Shown: one piece after another, positions 37,941-53,700 of the stretch
Layout of the letters: each line of letters begins with the position of its first letter
Position numbering within the stretch: position 1 is the first letter of the stretch
NCBI GenBank assembly: GCA_002633005.1
Contig: NMRA01000624.1
Span: forward strand, 111,109 to 175,108
Reading direction: 5' to 3'
Length of the DNA stretch: 64,000 bases
Source of the DNA: Phoronis australis
Lineage: Eukaryota > Animalia > Phoronida
Translations under genes and position numbers: made by a program
Notes under the pieces: model-generated
What the model was told of the DNA's origin: nothing
The model's input: only the letters and a program-made list of their open reading frames with translations
Databases searched by the model: none

Positions 37941-40900
37941 TAGTCCAGTCATTCTACGGATAACACGGAAAAATTACAACAAAAGGTTTTATTGCATGAA
38001 TCGTATTCTTTCACAGCCCTTAGTGGGAAAAAAATCTACCGGAATCAGAGTGGCGGAAGTTGGTTTTTCAAGATGGCGGACAAAATGGCCCCGCCAGATT
38101 TTCTGATGCTCAAGAGGGGAATGTGATAGAGTAAAAATTCAAAAAGGTTTACCTATGTTTTTTGGGTCAACAAATCCATTGGAAATGGTTTTGCATGGCT
38201 GTGGTAACACCGTCCGCCATTTTGCAAGATGGCCGCCAAATCTACTTGAATCGCACAACTTCGCACGAACAGATTAGTGTGTCGTCTTGCTTCAAAAGTA
38301 GCATCATAGGTTTTCTGGGTCGACTAATCCATTGAGACTTATTGCATTTGGTACTAATTACTTCCACCATTTCCAAGATGGCGGACAAAATGACCGCCAG
38401 TTTTGCAGATGATCATTATAACTCGAGAGTGGAATGTGATAGAGAAAAAATTCAAAAAGGTTTACCTATCTTTTGTGGGTCAACAAATCCATTGGAAAAG
38501 TTTTACATGGCTATGGTGACACCATCAGCCATTCTCTAAGATGGCCTCCAAAACTATTTAGAATCGCACAACTTTGCACAAACGAAGAGCGTCCTGCTTC
38601 AAACATTGTATCATAGGTTTTCTGGGTCGACTAATCCATTTAGACTCATTGTGTTTGGCTCTAATGATTACATCCACCATTTTCTAAGATGGCCACCACA
38701 TAGTTGCTTCGTGTAAGAACTTCAGATTCCAGAGACACGCCACATCATGAGTTTTTAGGTCAGCACGTCCATTACAATAATTTTTGTCTGACTCGTGATG
38801 ATTACGACTACCATTTTCAAGATGGTTTAACGAATAACTTATTTGGGTCAAAAGCATCATGTTTGCCTGGACTGAAGGATCATTCTCCTCCTGAAAAAAT
38901 GTGCTGTATTGAAACTAACTCTCTGCAATTAATTCAGTGATCTACTATCCACACTGTCTGTGTCACTTCCAGTTAGTTGTAAATGCTAGTGAATCTACAC
39001 GTATACACAATCAACCAGTATTTACAAAACTAATCTCTGTCAACTGAGAATGAATTGCTGCAGCTAAAACCACGGCATTCTCCATATGCAACCGTGTACG
39101 GCAATCCTAACTTCTTGCAAGTACATCTCTTGGAACTGCAGTTGGTCTTACACGAGCATCTTACAACTTTCAGCAGGTTCTCTGCTGCTACTAACTGGTC
39201 CGTCGACGTGGGAATGAATTTTCCGCCTACCAGTATCCATCCCCAATACAGCGAGTCTAGGCCACTGCCACGCGAAACTTGACCGCTCTTGCTCTTGATA
39301 ATCCCGGCAACATGGAATTTAACTACTGAAGAAAGTTGGTGATAATGACTGCATTTGGACTGTAGCTAGTCTGGCACCTCATCCACAAATCGCCTGTATC
39401 GCAAGTCATCCAAGTTTTGGGAGCCAGTACCGCCATGGAGCACTGATAAAACTCTTACCAGCTTCAAATATGTCTTGCTTCAGCTGCATGTGTCTAGTGA
39501 ATACTCCTACTAGAGTTTTTGCAGAATTTGTCGATCACGCAGTTTCTTGAATGGGAGAGCCTTTGCTAATACCGAACAGCTGTCATGTTGTTTTGCAACC
39601 ACCTATTGCAAGCGCAAATTGCAAAACTGACCAAGTTTTGGTATCAAGAGACAACTGTAGTTCCTTGATGTCCCAGACTCTCCTCTTGCTTTAGTGCGTC
39701 TTGTCAAATATCATGAACATTGGAATTTGTTGTGAAGTAGCATGGTAACGCAAAAGAACCAACAAGTCTGTATCGTCTGCAATAAGGGTAGTTGGAACTT
39801 GTGCCGCGTTCTCTACTGCTGTTTCTACACTTAAAACATCTGCGTCACTTTGAGCTTGTACCACTGTGCAGCCAGCATTTCCTAGCAAACTTGACAAGAA
39901 GTGAATGAATCGTTGTTTGTTTTTGCTCTTTGCCAAAAATGTTTCTTTTTTACTTGATCACCATGTCACCATTGAAGTGAACTTCAGTTCCAACCACCCC
40001 ACCCAGTCTTGGAACATGAGAGACATCTTCACTTGATAGTCCATCTCAGTAACCATCAAAAACAACAGTAGTCTGGGTGCACTTGCTGATGTAATCCACA
40101 TAAGCTCTTCCAAATGACTAAAACGTTGTAACTCTAGGCCATGGAATACGGTGAAAGAGAGAACCACCGTCGATTACATGCATCACCGTGCTTTCTGGAA
40201 ATTGAAATCCTCAGGTAGTCCCCACTGGACCACAGTGCATCAGCTCATTTTGATTTATTAGCAATCCTAGGAAGACCAGATGTACCAATAAGAGTAAGGG
40301 AACCAACACACATCTCAAACTTCAAAAGGCTTGATGAACTTTTACTGTTGTCTTTTGCAGCTGTCAGGATTCGCTGAAATAGCAATTGTGTAAAATTACT
40401 ATTAGCAGCATGAATTGATTGACCTGTCATTGCCACAACCTTGTCTTTCTTTCTGAATGTGAAGTCTTTCACACTTGACCCCTCCATAGACAAGTGAACC
40501 GCCTTCCCCACTTCTCTGGCATTTCCGGCACTGACGCATATGCCTGCAGTCACACCAGTGGCGATGTTCTGTAACGTTTCTCTTTAAAATGGGTTACTGT
40601 TGTGGAGGAATTCAACAAGGCTGAGGATGTCTTTGTCGTTACGCGACTGTCTTGCCTGGGTACATTCTTTTTGCTACTGACTTGTTTCACAACTCAAGTT
40701 TGTCACTGTCTACATGGTACCATTTATACTTGAGCATGCCGGCAAGGAAAGCAGCCACAGTGCACTCTGTGTATCTCCCATTTCGCAACCTCTAGTTAAA
40801 TCCTGATGTTTTAATACTTTTCATGAACGTTTGCTCAATTACAAGATCATATCTCATTATGACAAGCCTGCCCAGAATCTGTCACTTTGTCTTATGGTGT

Positions 40901-41965
40901 GTTGGCCGTAGACATCTGGACGGGTGTCCTTTGAGTTGCTACGTCTACTTCAAGTACATGTGTGAAGATTTTGCATAAGAGTTGTGACCAAAGTAAGGCA
41001 GCATTTCAGAAACTGCTTTTAAGTGAAGCTCCCAATCTGACGTTATTTCTGCTTTTAAAAAAGTCTAAGGATGTCAGTCATCTTCATATACTGTTGCCAA
41101 AGACTAATGATTCGACTTTGCAGGGACAAGTCTGATTTATGTGCTTTGATTTTTTATGGATACCCACAAGACACTCCGACGAGCATACAATGTACATCGT
41201 CGCACACAGGCGTCATGCCAGCAATACGATCATCATACCGCTTCAGACCAGCTCTCAAATCATCATGAAGAATATCATTGGCCATTGATTCTTCTGACGA
41301 ACTATTCTCTGTCACTGCGAATTCTGAAGACCTATACTCTGATTTAGTCGTGTTTGAATATACCAATGGCAGTAGTGTCGGAAGCCAGAAGTGAACTCTC
41401 GTGAGGGCATTCCACTGTAATCCAAGGTTCAGAATCAGAAGACACTGGCTGGGCATGGCATGCCCCAGAGTATTCATGTAGTTATGTGATCAGTTGGGAT
41501 GTCTGGGATGTCTGAAGAATCTGTCTCCATATTCAGACGAGCCAAAATTTGTGTAAAAGCATTGAACTGCTCCACCTCTTGGCATGGAATCTGTGTGTTC
41601 TGTGTTGGTGACATTCCGGACTCCTGGAAATTCTGAAGAACTTCTTTCTTCAAAGGTTTTGGATCGGCGTTACTTGATCTGTCAATATTTGGAAGTGGGA
41701 TGTTCAATGTTCTGGCTTTTATGATAGCATTCAGTGCTGAGTCTACCAACAATACATATGGCCCCTCACTACTCTATCCACATTTTTTCCATTTAACAAA
41801 ATGATCACACTGTTTGATGCATGCACCGTCTCAAGAACTTCTTGGAGCCCTGTGCCTGTCATTACGTATCCAACACATCCCAGAAACCTCATCTCAGTAT
41901 GAAATCTACCAAGCCCGACTAAGAACAAGTGACTGCAGATCACTGTCGTTTTGTTTGCTGGCACT
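37941..41965 (-). mobile_element. Academ-type DNA transposon, one end plus a decayed transposase
   Basis: TAG terminus (tagtccagtcattc) and ~300-bp subterminal tandem repeats with aagatggcgg (38065-38830). Minus-strand transposase motifs: LGRFHTEMRFLGCVGYVMTGTGLQEVL, SDADVLSVETA..ADDTDLLVLL, and C-terminal CSCKTNCSSKRCTCKK..GEC. Many lesions are present and the other end was not found. Confidence 0.8.
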
Positions 41966-44900
41966 AATTTCCTCTAAAATCAGTTACACATGTTCATAAA
42001 AAGCATGCATATTAAACAAATTTTGAGTCCTAACTACTAAAATTTAATTAATAACTTTTTGTTAACACAATTCTATTTGCTTTTCATCAAATTCAGGTGA
42101 AATCAGCAGCCAAATTCTCAATACATGCCAGCAGCAGACGAAATCGATGCCTGGGAACAACTAATAATAACTCCAATGGCAGAGAATAAAGCCACTTCCT
42201 GCCCAATTTTATTAAGGGTTTGTGTAATGAATAAGCCCATAACTCCACCAGAATAGCATATCCTATTGGACCCCGCAGAGGTCCCACAAAGCTTGCTGAG
42301 AAATTTACGACTACCCACAATTTTCGTTACGCGCAGCGGTCACATTTTTAGTATCAGTGAACCTCTGTGAACTTGGGTTCAGTACCTTTGCAGAAATAAC
42401 AGACATCATTCTCAAATTCCCGGCTCTCTTTGCAGATAATTTGTAACACCAAGGTACGATTTTAATACTACAGGGTGCGACTGAAATACAGTTCTGGACA
42501 ACTTTGAACGTCGATAACCTGGTCTCAAATACCTTTCCAGAAGTTTCACACACTAAATTCCACCTCACTATGCTGTTCACTTTCTAATCCCAAAGTATGC
42601 TTAATACTACGGGATGTGGTAGAAATACTGGGCACATTTTGAGCGGCTGTTACTTGGGACTTGCGTAAACGATAAAAAAAATTGGAATGGCAACAACTTA
42701 CAAGCTTGTCAGTTATTATCAAATTGTAGCTGACAATTAAAGTGGTTTGGAACGGGAAAATGGTATAAAATAAGAAAGTAAACGTTTCTCATCTTGTATG
42801 AAACCTGCATCACGTCGTGGCGTACAAGTTTTTTTATAGGTTTCCTAAATATAATGAGCTTTAGATGAGTTTGTAAGTTGACCAAAAAGACACGCCTTCG
42901 TGCTCGTCAAGTCCAGCATTACAGTCCCAAAATGCATTGCGGTGCCTTATTTGGAAATGGCCTTATGACCTCAGAGAGGTGAAAGGTAGCCGAAAGCAAA
43001 ACAGTGATGGCTGAAGCATATCGACGCCTCGATTGGCTCGAAGAAGTCTCATTTCTGAAGTAAGTTATCGATTTATTTGTCTTTTATGCTGCCCCAAGTG
43101 TGACCTAATCTACTTTTAGCATAGGATTACATTTATGTGCATTTGTAACGGAAAACGTTATATTCATGTGTTTTTGTTTAGAGAGTGAAATCGTCTGGCA
43201 CACCGATGGGCGTTTGGTTAACATCATAGGTTATGTTGTCTATAATCTATGTTCAACAAGATCACTAACATTTTGCTAAAAACAATTCGATGCATTGTGA
43301 CTGTACGTAGGATTTATAACTACAATGTATCTCTGGGTGATTCTTACTATATGACGTCTCCATATTTACCGTTTAGTAAGTGGCCGAGTAGTGCAAGTTC
43401 AATTGGCTAAATCCCCAGCTGTTTGAAGTGGAAACAAAATGTAAGCTGAATTCCTCTGAAAACCTTCATTGCATCTTCTTGTTTACTGATACAAAAAAAA
43501 CCAAAATTTAGTACCAATTTTTTTTTTAATTCTGAGGCCAAGTGTACTCAGTGGGCCCAAAGTACATTTTAGTCAGTGCAGTTTAGGGTTCAAATGGCGA
43601 TGTTTACATTGACCAACTGCAATGGCTTCACCTACTTTTTAATTACACTAACGTTATCTCTAACCTTATTCACAAAAATTGGCTATTTTTACATTATTTC
43701 ATTTGTGTCTAGCAGAATACCTTATCTTCATTCTCGGGGAACATCAAATACAAAATATACATGTATACCACGTACGAGTGTCAGACGATTGACGGTGGGT
43801 TTGTTTAAAAGGTAGCTATGCTTTGAGATTGTGCGTAGATGGAGAGTAAATAATGAAATCCAGTAATTAATTTATTTTTCATAACCCCTAATTAGACAAG
43901 TAAAACTGATTATTAATTAAGTAATCAACTACAAAAAAGAGTAACTACGCTAGCGCCCTCTTTAAAGATTACTATAATCAATCAACCAAAATAATCAAAT
44001 GTCTTATCTGCTATCCAAGTTAGGACTCTCCACTTGTTGGATGTCTGTCGTGTTGGTGAATCTTCGAACTACAGTACACACACTGTATAGCGACAGTGTA
44101 CATGTACTTGTTGGTCACCGTCCCTTGTGATGCAACGCTTGCATGCACTTTCTTGTACCCGCGATTCTTCTTGCTGGTCACAGTCTCTTGCTGATGACGC
44201 AACACTTCAGGTAATATCTTACTACCCACAATGCAAGTGACTAGCTCTTAGTTAACTTCCTTTTCGCTAACCCCTTGCCAAGATCCTTTCTAGAATCTTC
44301 CACGAGATGACTCTGTCGTACAATTGCTTCTGTACACCGTAGTAAGTCTTTATGCTTCAACTACTATAGCGCATCTAATTATCTTGTTGATTTCAGCCCC
44401 TAATATAACATTCTACTTATCTAGTGATTGGCTAATAAAAACCACATGATCATATCCAATCATATTATTGGCTGTTACAATTTGTTCTCAGAATTTTCTA
44501 GAATCTCTAGAGTACTTTAACCCCAGAACCCAAAGTTGTAAACACCATCTAAGAATAGATTTTGACGTTAAAGTACATATCAACAAGTCTGACCCCATGA
44601 TTTAAAAGTACATATGCACAAATTTTGGGCAACTAAAAATGGATCTATTTTTACTTAATTAATCGATATTTATTCTGAAAACGAGAAAAAAAAGATTTAG
44701 CAGAACCACCTTGGAAGAGCACAACCGCAACAATTAAATCGAATCTCCCGCCAGGTACCAGAACAGCTTCGTATACCCTCTGTCCTTTCACTCACAAAGT
44801 CGCCATAATATTGAGCCAACGAGGTGTACTTACATATATGATAGAATGGTGCCGTGGAAAACGAAGACAAAGCGTAGTTTTGATCCTAAGGGACTTGTGC

Positions 44901-46588
44901 GTCTACATGCATACGACTGTTGACGTTGAAAAAGAATGCTACGAGTCGCCTCAGGTCTCTGTGGTCATGAACACAGAAAGTTGTGAAAAGAGACAAATCC
45001 TCACCCTAATTCCTCAATTCAGTTAATAAGTTGACATTTCGATGTTTTGATCTCATGTTAACAACATACTTTAACCACCGACTCGATTTTTGTAATACCC
45101 TCCTTACTTGGTTTAGCATCAGTCTCCCAGCGCATGACGTGTACAGGCTATGAACCGTGTGACCTACATGTACTTAGAAAGTATGGCGTAAACAACAGTG
45201 AACGTTGGAAACGAATAAGTCGTCGAATTAAGTTAGTTACGCACTGCAAATGAGTTGACAATGCGAGTAAACGTTGAAATGGCTAACCTAGTTAAAAATT
45301 ATATTGGTTACATGTACCGAAAACAAGTTTTCATCGAATAATTAACCGAAGAATTCGAGGTTTTCACTTGTCCCAGTTTAATCAGATTTTTCTCGGCTTC
45401 GGCAAATCAACTTTATTTGAACTTAGGAACACTTGTCTAGTTCTCAAAAACTACTGGATGGATTTCGCTGAAACTTTCTAAACTTAATATTTAGTCATTA
45501 ATGTCAAAAACAATATAAGGATTTTCGACTTAAAGGCCTAGTTTTTGCGTAATGTGACAAAGACGAATACGACTTCAAATTTTTACAAAAATACATTACG
45601 TTTTGAGAGTTGATTTGTCATAGAAACCAAACGAACAGACTAATCGAAAATTCCTAACAGTGTTTTTGAGGTAACTGGTGAAGTTTTCATTTAAAGAAGG
45701 TTTCAATAAAATCGACCGAGGGGTTATTTTGCTATGAATGCACCTTTCTTAAAAATGAAATTTTGATTTAAAAATGTTTTTAACGTAAAAATATTTATGA
45801 CACATAAATACAAAAAGTATATTTATATTCGGTGATGTTTGTTCTTTCAGAAAATATATACTTTTACTTGTTGACAAAGCTTAAATTTTTGATATACGAG
45901 TTAGAATGGAGGCCAATAAATAAGGTTGGAGATAACTTTAAATCTATGTCATAGTAATCACACAGTTATTTACAGTAATTCTAACCAATTACAAGGTGCT
46001 TCACAGACTCAGTGATTTTTTCAAATAAAACTTTAAAAATGGTACGATTTATTTTCTAATTATAAATTCTGATATCTTTTTGAACCCAAACAGTTTATCT
46101 GCTAATATCTCAAAATGTGTTAACTCCAGTCATCTGATACTTTACATTGTCATTACCGGTGTATGGAAAGATGTACATCTGTTCCAACGACTGGTGGTAA
46201 ATATATAATTGACCAAATTGTTCACCCAGTTATAGTTTGCAATATCAATGCATCATGGTGAACATTCAGTCCCAACAGCATTCAAAACGTTTTGTTTTAT
46301 ATAGCATCATCGCGATCTATATAATTATTATAATACTTTTCTTCAAAGTATGTTATGCATTTTCAATGATTGTAACAACAAGCATTTTGCAAATCAGGGA
46401 TTTGCACAAATCTGTAGTTTGCAATCAACTTTTTATGTTAGTGAGCTAACCTCCACTTTTGCACATGACTACAAAGGAAAATCAATGATGTGTGGGCTCG
46501 TGGAAGGACACAAAGTTACATAAAGCATGAAATATGAGATCATGCCATTTGAGCAACATAACTGTGTTGAGAAAGAAAATGACAGAAT

Positions 46589-49500
46589 CAATCTTCACAC
46601 CTTTGAACAAACAGAATGATAAATTGCACTTCCTGCAAAAACATCAGAAATTGCAGCAACATGAATACTAAACACTTGAAAATAACTAAAAAACTCTGGT
46701 TCAGAGAAGCATTGATGATTTGTAAAAACTACTAATGTTAAATCTTGGGAGAAAATAGGAGCCATTAGATTTTACACAGATTTTCATGTGCGTATCATTT
46801 GCCTAATGATGCAAAATAAGATGTGACATTAACTATTGAATAAAAATCCAGTTTGTTCTAGTGGTCAGCTGAGCTTGTAGCTAAGTGAATTATAGGAATA
46901 CAAGATAGGATAAATATCTCCTTTCCGTAATTGGTGAAAAATCTTTTAATTTCAGAGAAGAATAAATGGAATGACCAAATGAGCAAGCGCGACACCTTTC
47001 AGAGAAGGTGGTAGAAAGAGCATGTTGATCCTTTAACAGAAGAAGAAATCCGATCATCGCTGACATTTTTTTGCAAGGCACTATGATAAGATTTGAAATG
47101 GGAAGGAGGCTATCGTCCACAGCTGAGTGTGCATCGGCTGCATCATGAATCCTGTGGACACTACAGAAACATGTGGACAACGTGTCGTCATAGTCTTCAT
47201 CGCGGTACCTACTGATGCTATCTCCTGTAAGTTCCACCCCACCAAACTCTTCATCTCCAAATTCGACATCGCTAATATCAACATCACCAAGGATACTTTC
47301 TGGACTCCAACAAGACAAAGCGTGACGATCTTGCTCAGTAGAGTTTCGAAAAGGACACAACACCTAGCCCATGTAACGCAGTTGAACAACTTAGTAACCG
47401 GGATCGCATTGCATGTATGTGGACTGGCGAACAGTCCGTCCAGAATTCAAATGTTTTATGCATATAACGTTTGATGATGGCTCACGATGCCTTCTTTAGT
47501 TACTTTGCGGGACCTAATGAAAACTAGTGTGAAAAGATTTCTGTTCTGTCAGGGCCTCAAACCCGAGATTCATTGCTTTCCATGCACCGAGCTATTAAAG
47601 CCAGTAGTCAGTAGAAGATATATCTCCACTATATATATATTAACATTGTCAGCATTGAACAATGATGTATATTTATTAAAAATGGATAACTNCAATCTTC
47701 ACACCTTTGAACAAACAGAATGACAAATTGCACTTCCTGCAAAAACATCAGAAATTGCAGCAACATTAATAGACAATATTTTTTCTACTTTCCACGGTGC
47801 ATTTAATTATTATTTTAGACGAGAAAATAACAGAATGTCGAGGTACTGCCATATTTCACACATTATTCATTGACTCCAGCATCAGCCGTTGCAAAGTTTC
47901 AAGTGCACAGAAATTTTTCTAACACTTCACGTGTGGCTAAGGAACAAAGAGCTGTCAAAAGTAGCACGTTATTGAACCAACAATTGTAGCAGGTGCTGAA
48001 AGTGATTCATTAGTCAAGGCTTTGTAGCACTGGCTGAGCATAGAACAGACATTACGTTGTGCGTTTTGTCTGAGTGGACTTGTGAGCATACAATCAAGAT
48101 TAATGAAGTGACTAACTCGAACCCGTGCTCAGTCTACCATTGCATCAAAAACCTACTGGGACCGATCAGTGACAACCTGCGCCCACCTATCCATGGGGTA
48201 AAACGTGACAAGAGCCTAGACCAACTGACTGGAGCTGAGAACTCGCTAAGGGAATGCTGGCGTAAACAAAACGTTGTCACACATTATCAGTCCTGTTTGA
48301 ATCATTTGCTTTGGTTTGGAAACTACATCCAATGTTAGGAATGGCTTTTAATGACCTTCGATACTTTATGTGAAATTCGAAAGGCCTGTTTGTTTCCATA
48401 TGGTATGTGGGAGAGCCAGAAGAGCAAGGAAAGGGAAGTCAGTCGCTACAGCTACTCCAGGTCCAGCTTCAGTGACCCCAGCTAAACGTGATCTGAAGCT
48501 TATGCATCTCGTCAAGCTGACGTACAAGTACATTATCATGAATACTAAACACTTGAAAAATAACTAAAAAACTCTGGTTCAGAGAAGCATTGATGATTTG
48601 TAAAAAATGCAGAACATCCTATACTTAACAATCTATGTCAATGTTAAATCTTGGGAGAAAATATGAGCCATTAGATTTTACACAGATTTTCATGTGCGTA
48701 TCATTTGTCTAATGACGCAAAATAAGATGTGACATTAACTATTGAATAAAAATCCAGTTTGTATTAGTGGTCAGCTGAGCTTGTAGCTAAGTTAATTATA
48801 GGAATACAAGATATGATAAATATCTCCTTTCCGTAATTGGTGAAAAATCTTTTAATTTCAGAGAAGAATAAATGGATTGACCAAATGAGCAAGCGCGACA
48901 CCTTTCAGAGAAGGTGGTAGAAAGAGCATGTTGATCCTTTAACAGAAGAAGAAATCCGATCATCGCTTACATTTTTTGCAAGGCACTATGATAAGATTTG
49001 AAATGGGAAGGAGGCTATCGTCCACAGCTGAGTGTGCATCGGCTGCATCATGAATCCTGTTGACACTACAGAAACATGTGGACAACGTGTCGTCATAGTC
49101 TTCATCGCGGTACCTACTGATGCTATCTCCTGTAAGTTCCACCCCACCAAACTCTTCATCTCCAAATTCGACATCGCTAATATCAACATCACCAAGGATA
49201 CTTTCTGGACTCCAACAAGACAAAACGTGACGATCTTGCTCAGTAGAGTTTCGAAAAGGACACAACACCTAGCCCATGTAACGCAGTTGAACTACTTAGT
49301 AACCGGGATCGCATTGCATGTATTTGGACTGGCGAACAGTCCGTCCAGAATTCAAATGTTTTATGCATATAACGTTTGATGATGGCTCACGATGCCTTCT
49401 TTAGTTACTTTGCGGGACCTAATGAAAACTAGTGTGAAAAGATTTCTGTTCTGTCAGGGCCTCAAACCCGAGATTCATTGCTTTCCATGCACCGAGCTAT

Positions 49501-49596
49501 TAAAGCCAGTAGTCAGTAGAAGATATATCTCCACTATATATATATTAACATTGTCAGCATTGAACAATGATGTATATTTATTAAAAATGGATAACT
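46589..49596 (+). repeat. Near-identical direct duplication across a single N (46589-47691 and 47693-49596), probably uncollapsed haplotypes
   Basis: Both copies begin caatcttcacacctttgaac and end ttaaaaatggataact, and the junction is the n at 47692. Copy 2 has an extra ~775 bp (47766-48538). Confidence 0.88.
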
Positions 49597-50729
49597 CATA
49601 ATTTAAATGTGTACTCAATGGTTATTTTGCACTTACAGTCATCGTCCATGGCATCGTATGCTATGTCCTAAGAAACATCAATCGTTAGCCTGTAATATAG
49701 AAATTCAAAAATGTTCAAGTGTGTCTCTAACTTAAACTGTTTAACATTGGTCAGTCTGTATTCATTGGATTTCAGCACATATCATCTAACCACGATTAAG
49801 GTACACTGTATGATATACAGAAACCTAACCATGTACGACATGGTCTCTATACTTAGATTTCAGAAAACAGACTTGATGTCAAATAAAATATCACCACAAA
49901 TTTTATGACTTGTGTATGCTACTGATAAAAACTCCTCAAAATCCCAACTATTTCAACGTTGCCTTCGAATATAAACTTTTGAATTATGCAGCAATCAACT
50001 TCAAAAAAATATCAAATTCGATGCAAAGAAATGTAAGCTGCAGAAGCAATCAGTGAATTCAACTCTGCCGCACTGTATTCGAATAAGTTAGGAATACCAA
50101 ATTGTCACGTTAAAAACAAAAATATGACGAGATTAGTCGCAGGATGACCTACAAGACCACACCTAGCAGGTGGTACTTACTCAAAAGGGTCACCAAAATG
50201 CTGCCTATCTGCTTTTAATGCAATCACTTTTAGGTACATTTCTGGAAATTACAAATATATACAGTACATACACACAGAGTTTGCAAAATGCAGTCATGCT
50301 TAGAAGAGAAACGTGTGCACACCATTCCTGACCATACCAGACATGTAGACAATTCATTTTATGGAAAAGTACCATGAATGTTATATTCACAAAATATTTC
50401 ACAATTCAATTATCAGTTGCAACACTAAACAATTTGTTGTCAAGATAATTTATGAGCACTGACTAGTTAAAGATCAGGGGCCCGTCCCAACAAAAATGAC
50501 TTAGCTAAGACAATTTTTAAAATTTTAGTAAAATTTAAAATAAAGTTAAATTTGTCTCTAAACTAATTCAAGAAAGAAATCTTAAGTTTGACTTAAGTGT
50601 TTGGCATAGGTTTTGTCTAAATTTGGACTAACTTACAAAAATTAGAAGATTCAAATTTGGAAGTTAGGACAAAACGTAATGTTAAGTCAAAAAATAACTT
50701 TTGTTTCTTTTTCAGGTGATTATTATGGT

Positions 50730-53700
50730 TTATAAACAAGTAGAAAAAACAAACAATTTCTGCATTGAGTTAACGTGAGCAATGAAATTTTCCCATTTCG
50801 CAGAGGAGCTGGAATAAAAATTTTTGATATGTTTTAATTTTTCAGCATTATACATGTAGTACGTATAAGTACATGTATGTGTAACAAACGTGTGAAAATT
50901 AGGAATATTTTTGTGACATCTCTGCTTGTAAATGTACTGTTTGGCTATTAGAATCAATATGTTAAATACAAAATCGTGCGTCTCAGCAGGTCCAAAAATA
51001 AAACGTTCGGAAGAAAGACTGTTGGGAAGCTGAATGCGACACTTTTGCATTAGCTTTCCTAATTCCTTCCAGAAATTTTGTACAAGGCGACATTCCCAAA
51101 AAAGGTGTGGCAGCGTGCCTGGACCGTTATTACAAACATCAATTTGAATCCCGAAAACGGATTTTGGCTAAACAGGTGCATATGTACATGTATTTGTTGC
51201 AATAATCCCGTGTAATATTCTAAATTGGAACCATCTAATATTGCGATCCTTTGTAATTCCATAAGGCAATGCGTATATTTTCTTCCAATCTAAACTACAT
51301 GTATCTCCTAACTCTATTTTCCTTTCACACTCTGACTTAGAAGACTTCTTAACGTCATTAAAGACTGAACGAATATGTATACAACCCTTCAAATCTTTCC
51401 GTAGGTGAGTAATTGCTAAAGGCATGTAAGGAGGGTAGATATTAACACTTTAAATATACTTTGAATTAGACTTTTTGAAACCATCTTAGAACGGACACAA
51501 CACCATTATATTCTACAACGTTGGTTTTACATCGAACACATTTTTCTTCTTTTCAGACCAACGAAATCACTATCAGAAGTAAACATATCTCGAATAAATC
51601 TTAAGCCTTTTACAAACCAAGTCTTATAAAAAACACTTGAGCCTCCGGTCGCCAAGTCACTGCGGGCCATGGCTTAAAGCTTTGCTGAAAGTATGCGTAT
51701 AAACCATTTGAACTCCCCCTTGATCATGTCCTGAACAGGACGTGGTTCGTTTAATTTTATCATTACGACATCCAACGTCACTGATGTGTCGTCCGCATAT
51801 TGTGAAATCAAATATTACTTATTTCTTGCAACTACACCAGCAATATTTTAATTTATTATTCTTGATTAAATACGCCAAAATCTCTGCGCACAATATAAAA
51901 ATGTAGGGAGACAAAGGGCCACCTTGTCTGCAGCCACGCGAAATATTGAACGAGGAACATGGGTGACCATTTAGGACAACACAGTACTTAATATTACTGT
52001 AAAAAATTTCCATCCACCTTCTCATAGAGCAACCAAAATTAAGGAAAGATAATGTTTGTTAAATAAAACTCCACGACAATGAATCAAATGTTTTCTAAAA
52101 ATCAATCAGTGAAGCAATCCAGGTTTCTGAGCTGCATGGGCATAAAACATTAAATCATATAGCACGCGGATATTTTCGTTCATATTTCTTCCAGAAACCT
52201 GTCGGGTCCTTACCGATTAGTTTTCCCGAAACGGATTTTAACCGTTCAGCTACAGCCTATGAAGCCAATTTACATTATATGTAACATTGAGTAAGGATAT
52301 GGGTCTCCATTTTTTCAAATAAGGTTTAATTCATCTGCTCTCTTAGGGGTGCAGGCAATCACTCCCTCTTTCTGTGTTGATAACTGGCCAACTGCAAAAC
52401 CAGTATTGAGTGAGCGAACAACGAAATGTCCAATGTCAGCCTAAAAAAATAAAAAAATACACTGAAAAAACATCTTGTGGTTTTTCGTTTTTTTCAAGCA
52501 TTGTGTGGCTTCGTCAAATGTAAGAAGACCTTCTAATTTTTCTTTTTCTGTCTCATTCAGTTTGGAGATAAAAACCTTATCCAGAAGAGTTTCTGATGCA
52601 GTATTGTTAGAGTGTCTATATTTGTAAAGATTTTCATAAAACGTTTTGGTTTCCCGAATATCCTCTTCTTCACTACTGTTTTAGCATTGTCAGACTTCCA
52701 CAACAAGGTATAAACTTATTTGTGTAATGCCTATTTTCCAAGTGAAAAAATATTTGGAAGGTTTTTCACCCTCTTCAATCCATATTGCTCTCGACCTAGT
52801 CATAAGACCTCTTAACTAATTTTGCCTTAGCTCGGCATATCTATTTTTTGTTCAAGTAGTTCCCTATCAATGCTTCGACTTTTTTCAATAGGCTTATTTT
52901 TTCGATAAGTTGTTGTACAGCTCTATCATTTTTTCTAAGTAAGTAGCAAATCTCCATCAATATCGTTTCAAGAAAAAGTGGATCATTTATAGACCATTGT
53001 AGATCTGATATACTTGAACTATCAACTGTCTGAATATCGTCAGTCATATACTGTTGTTTACCTAAATTAATAGTACCTTTGTCTGCGGCAATATACTCAG
53101 AGTTTTTTAGGAGAGAGTCATTTAACTTCCAACCTGATTTCCTACTCCTGAATACATCATTTTAAAAACAATCGTTAGAATTGAATGATCGGTAAGAGAA
53201 TTCTATTATGGAGCCTTCAATATCTGCTAAAAGGTTTTCAGAAATATGAAAAAAATCTAGTCTGAATTATTTACTTCCAGCTCCCCAAGTGCGTTCTTTA
53301 CTATTGGAGTTTAGTTCCCGCCACACATCACCAACACACAATTCTGCACAAATCTCCATCAACTTAATCCGTGACTTCAGGTTATTAACCTGCCGATAAT
53401 TAAGCGTGTCCTTATACTGATCGAGAGCAAGATTAAAGGAAAATGCCACCCGATTTAATTAGTCTTTTTTACCGTCTTAATCGGTCTATATCCACATCGC
53501 CTCGCATACGGTCGACATTACCTTTCCGAGAGGTGTCGCGTTAACCTGTGTGGAAGATGAGAAACGACGATGCGACGTCAGTGGTTCATTAGCAGAGTGA
53601 ATGCCGCTATGTTGCCGTGCATCGTTCACGCTTGTCCGAACTATGAAGCTGAGATGAGAGCGGGTACATCGTTTTTTCGACTTCTTCGAGAGTTCAAAGT

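Noticed and set aside
43860-44560. Possible solo LTR
   Set aside because: No TG...CA ends with a TSD could be defined, and there is no second copy in the window.
46890-49379. Duplicated 100-157-aa ORFs as a host gene pair
   Set aside because: They overlap on both strands, have no domain or splice support, and lie in a probable assembly duplication.
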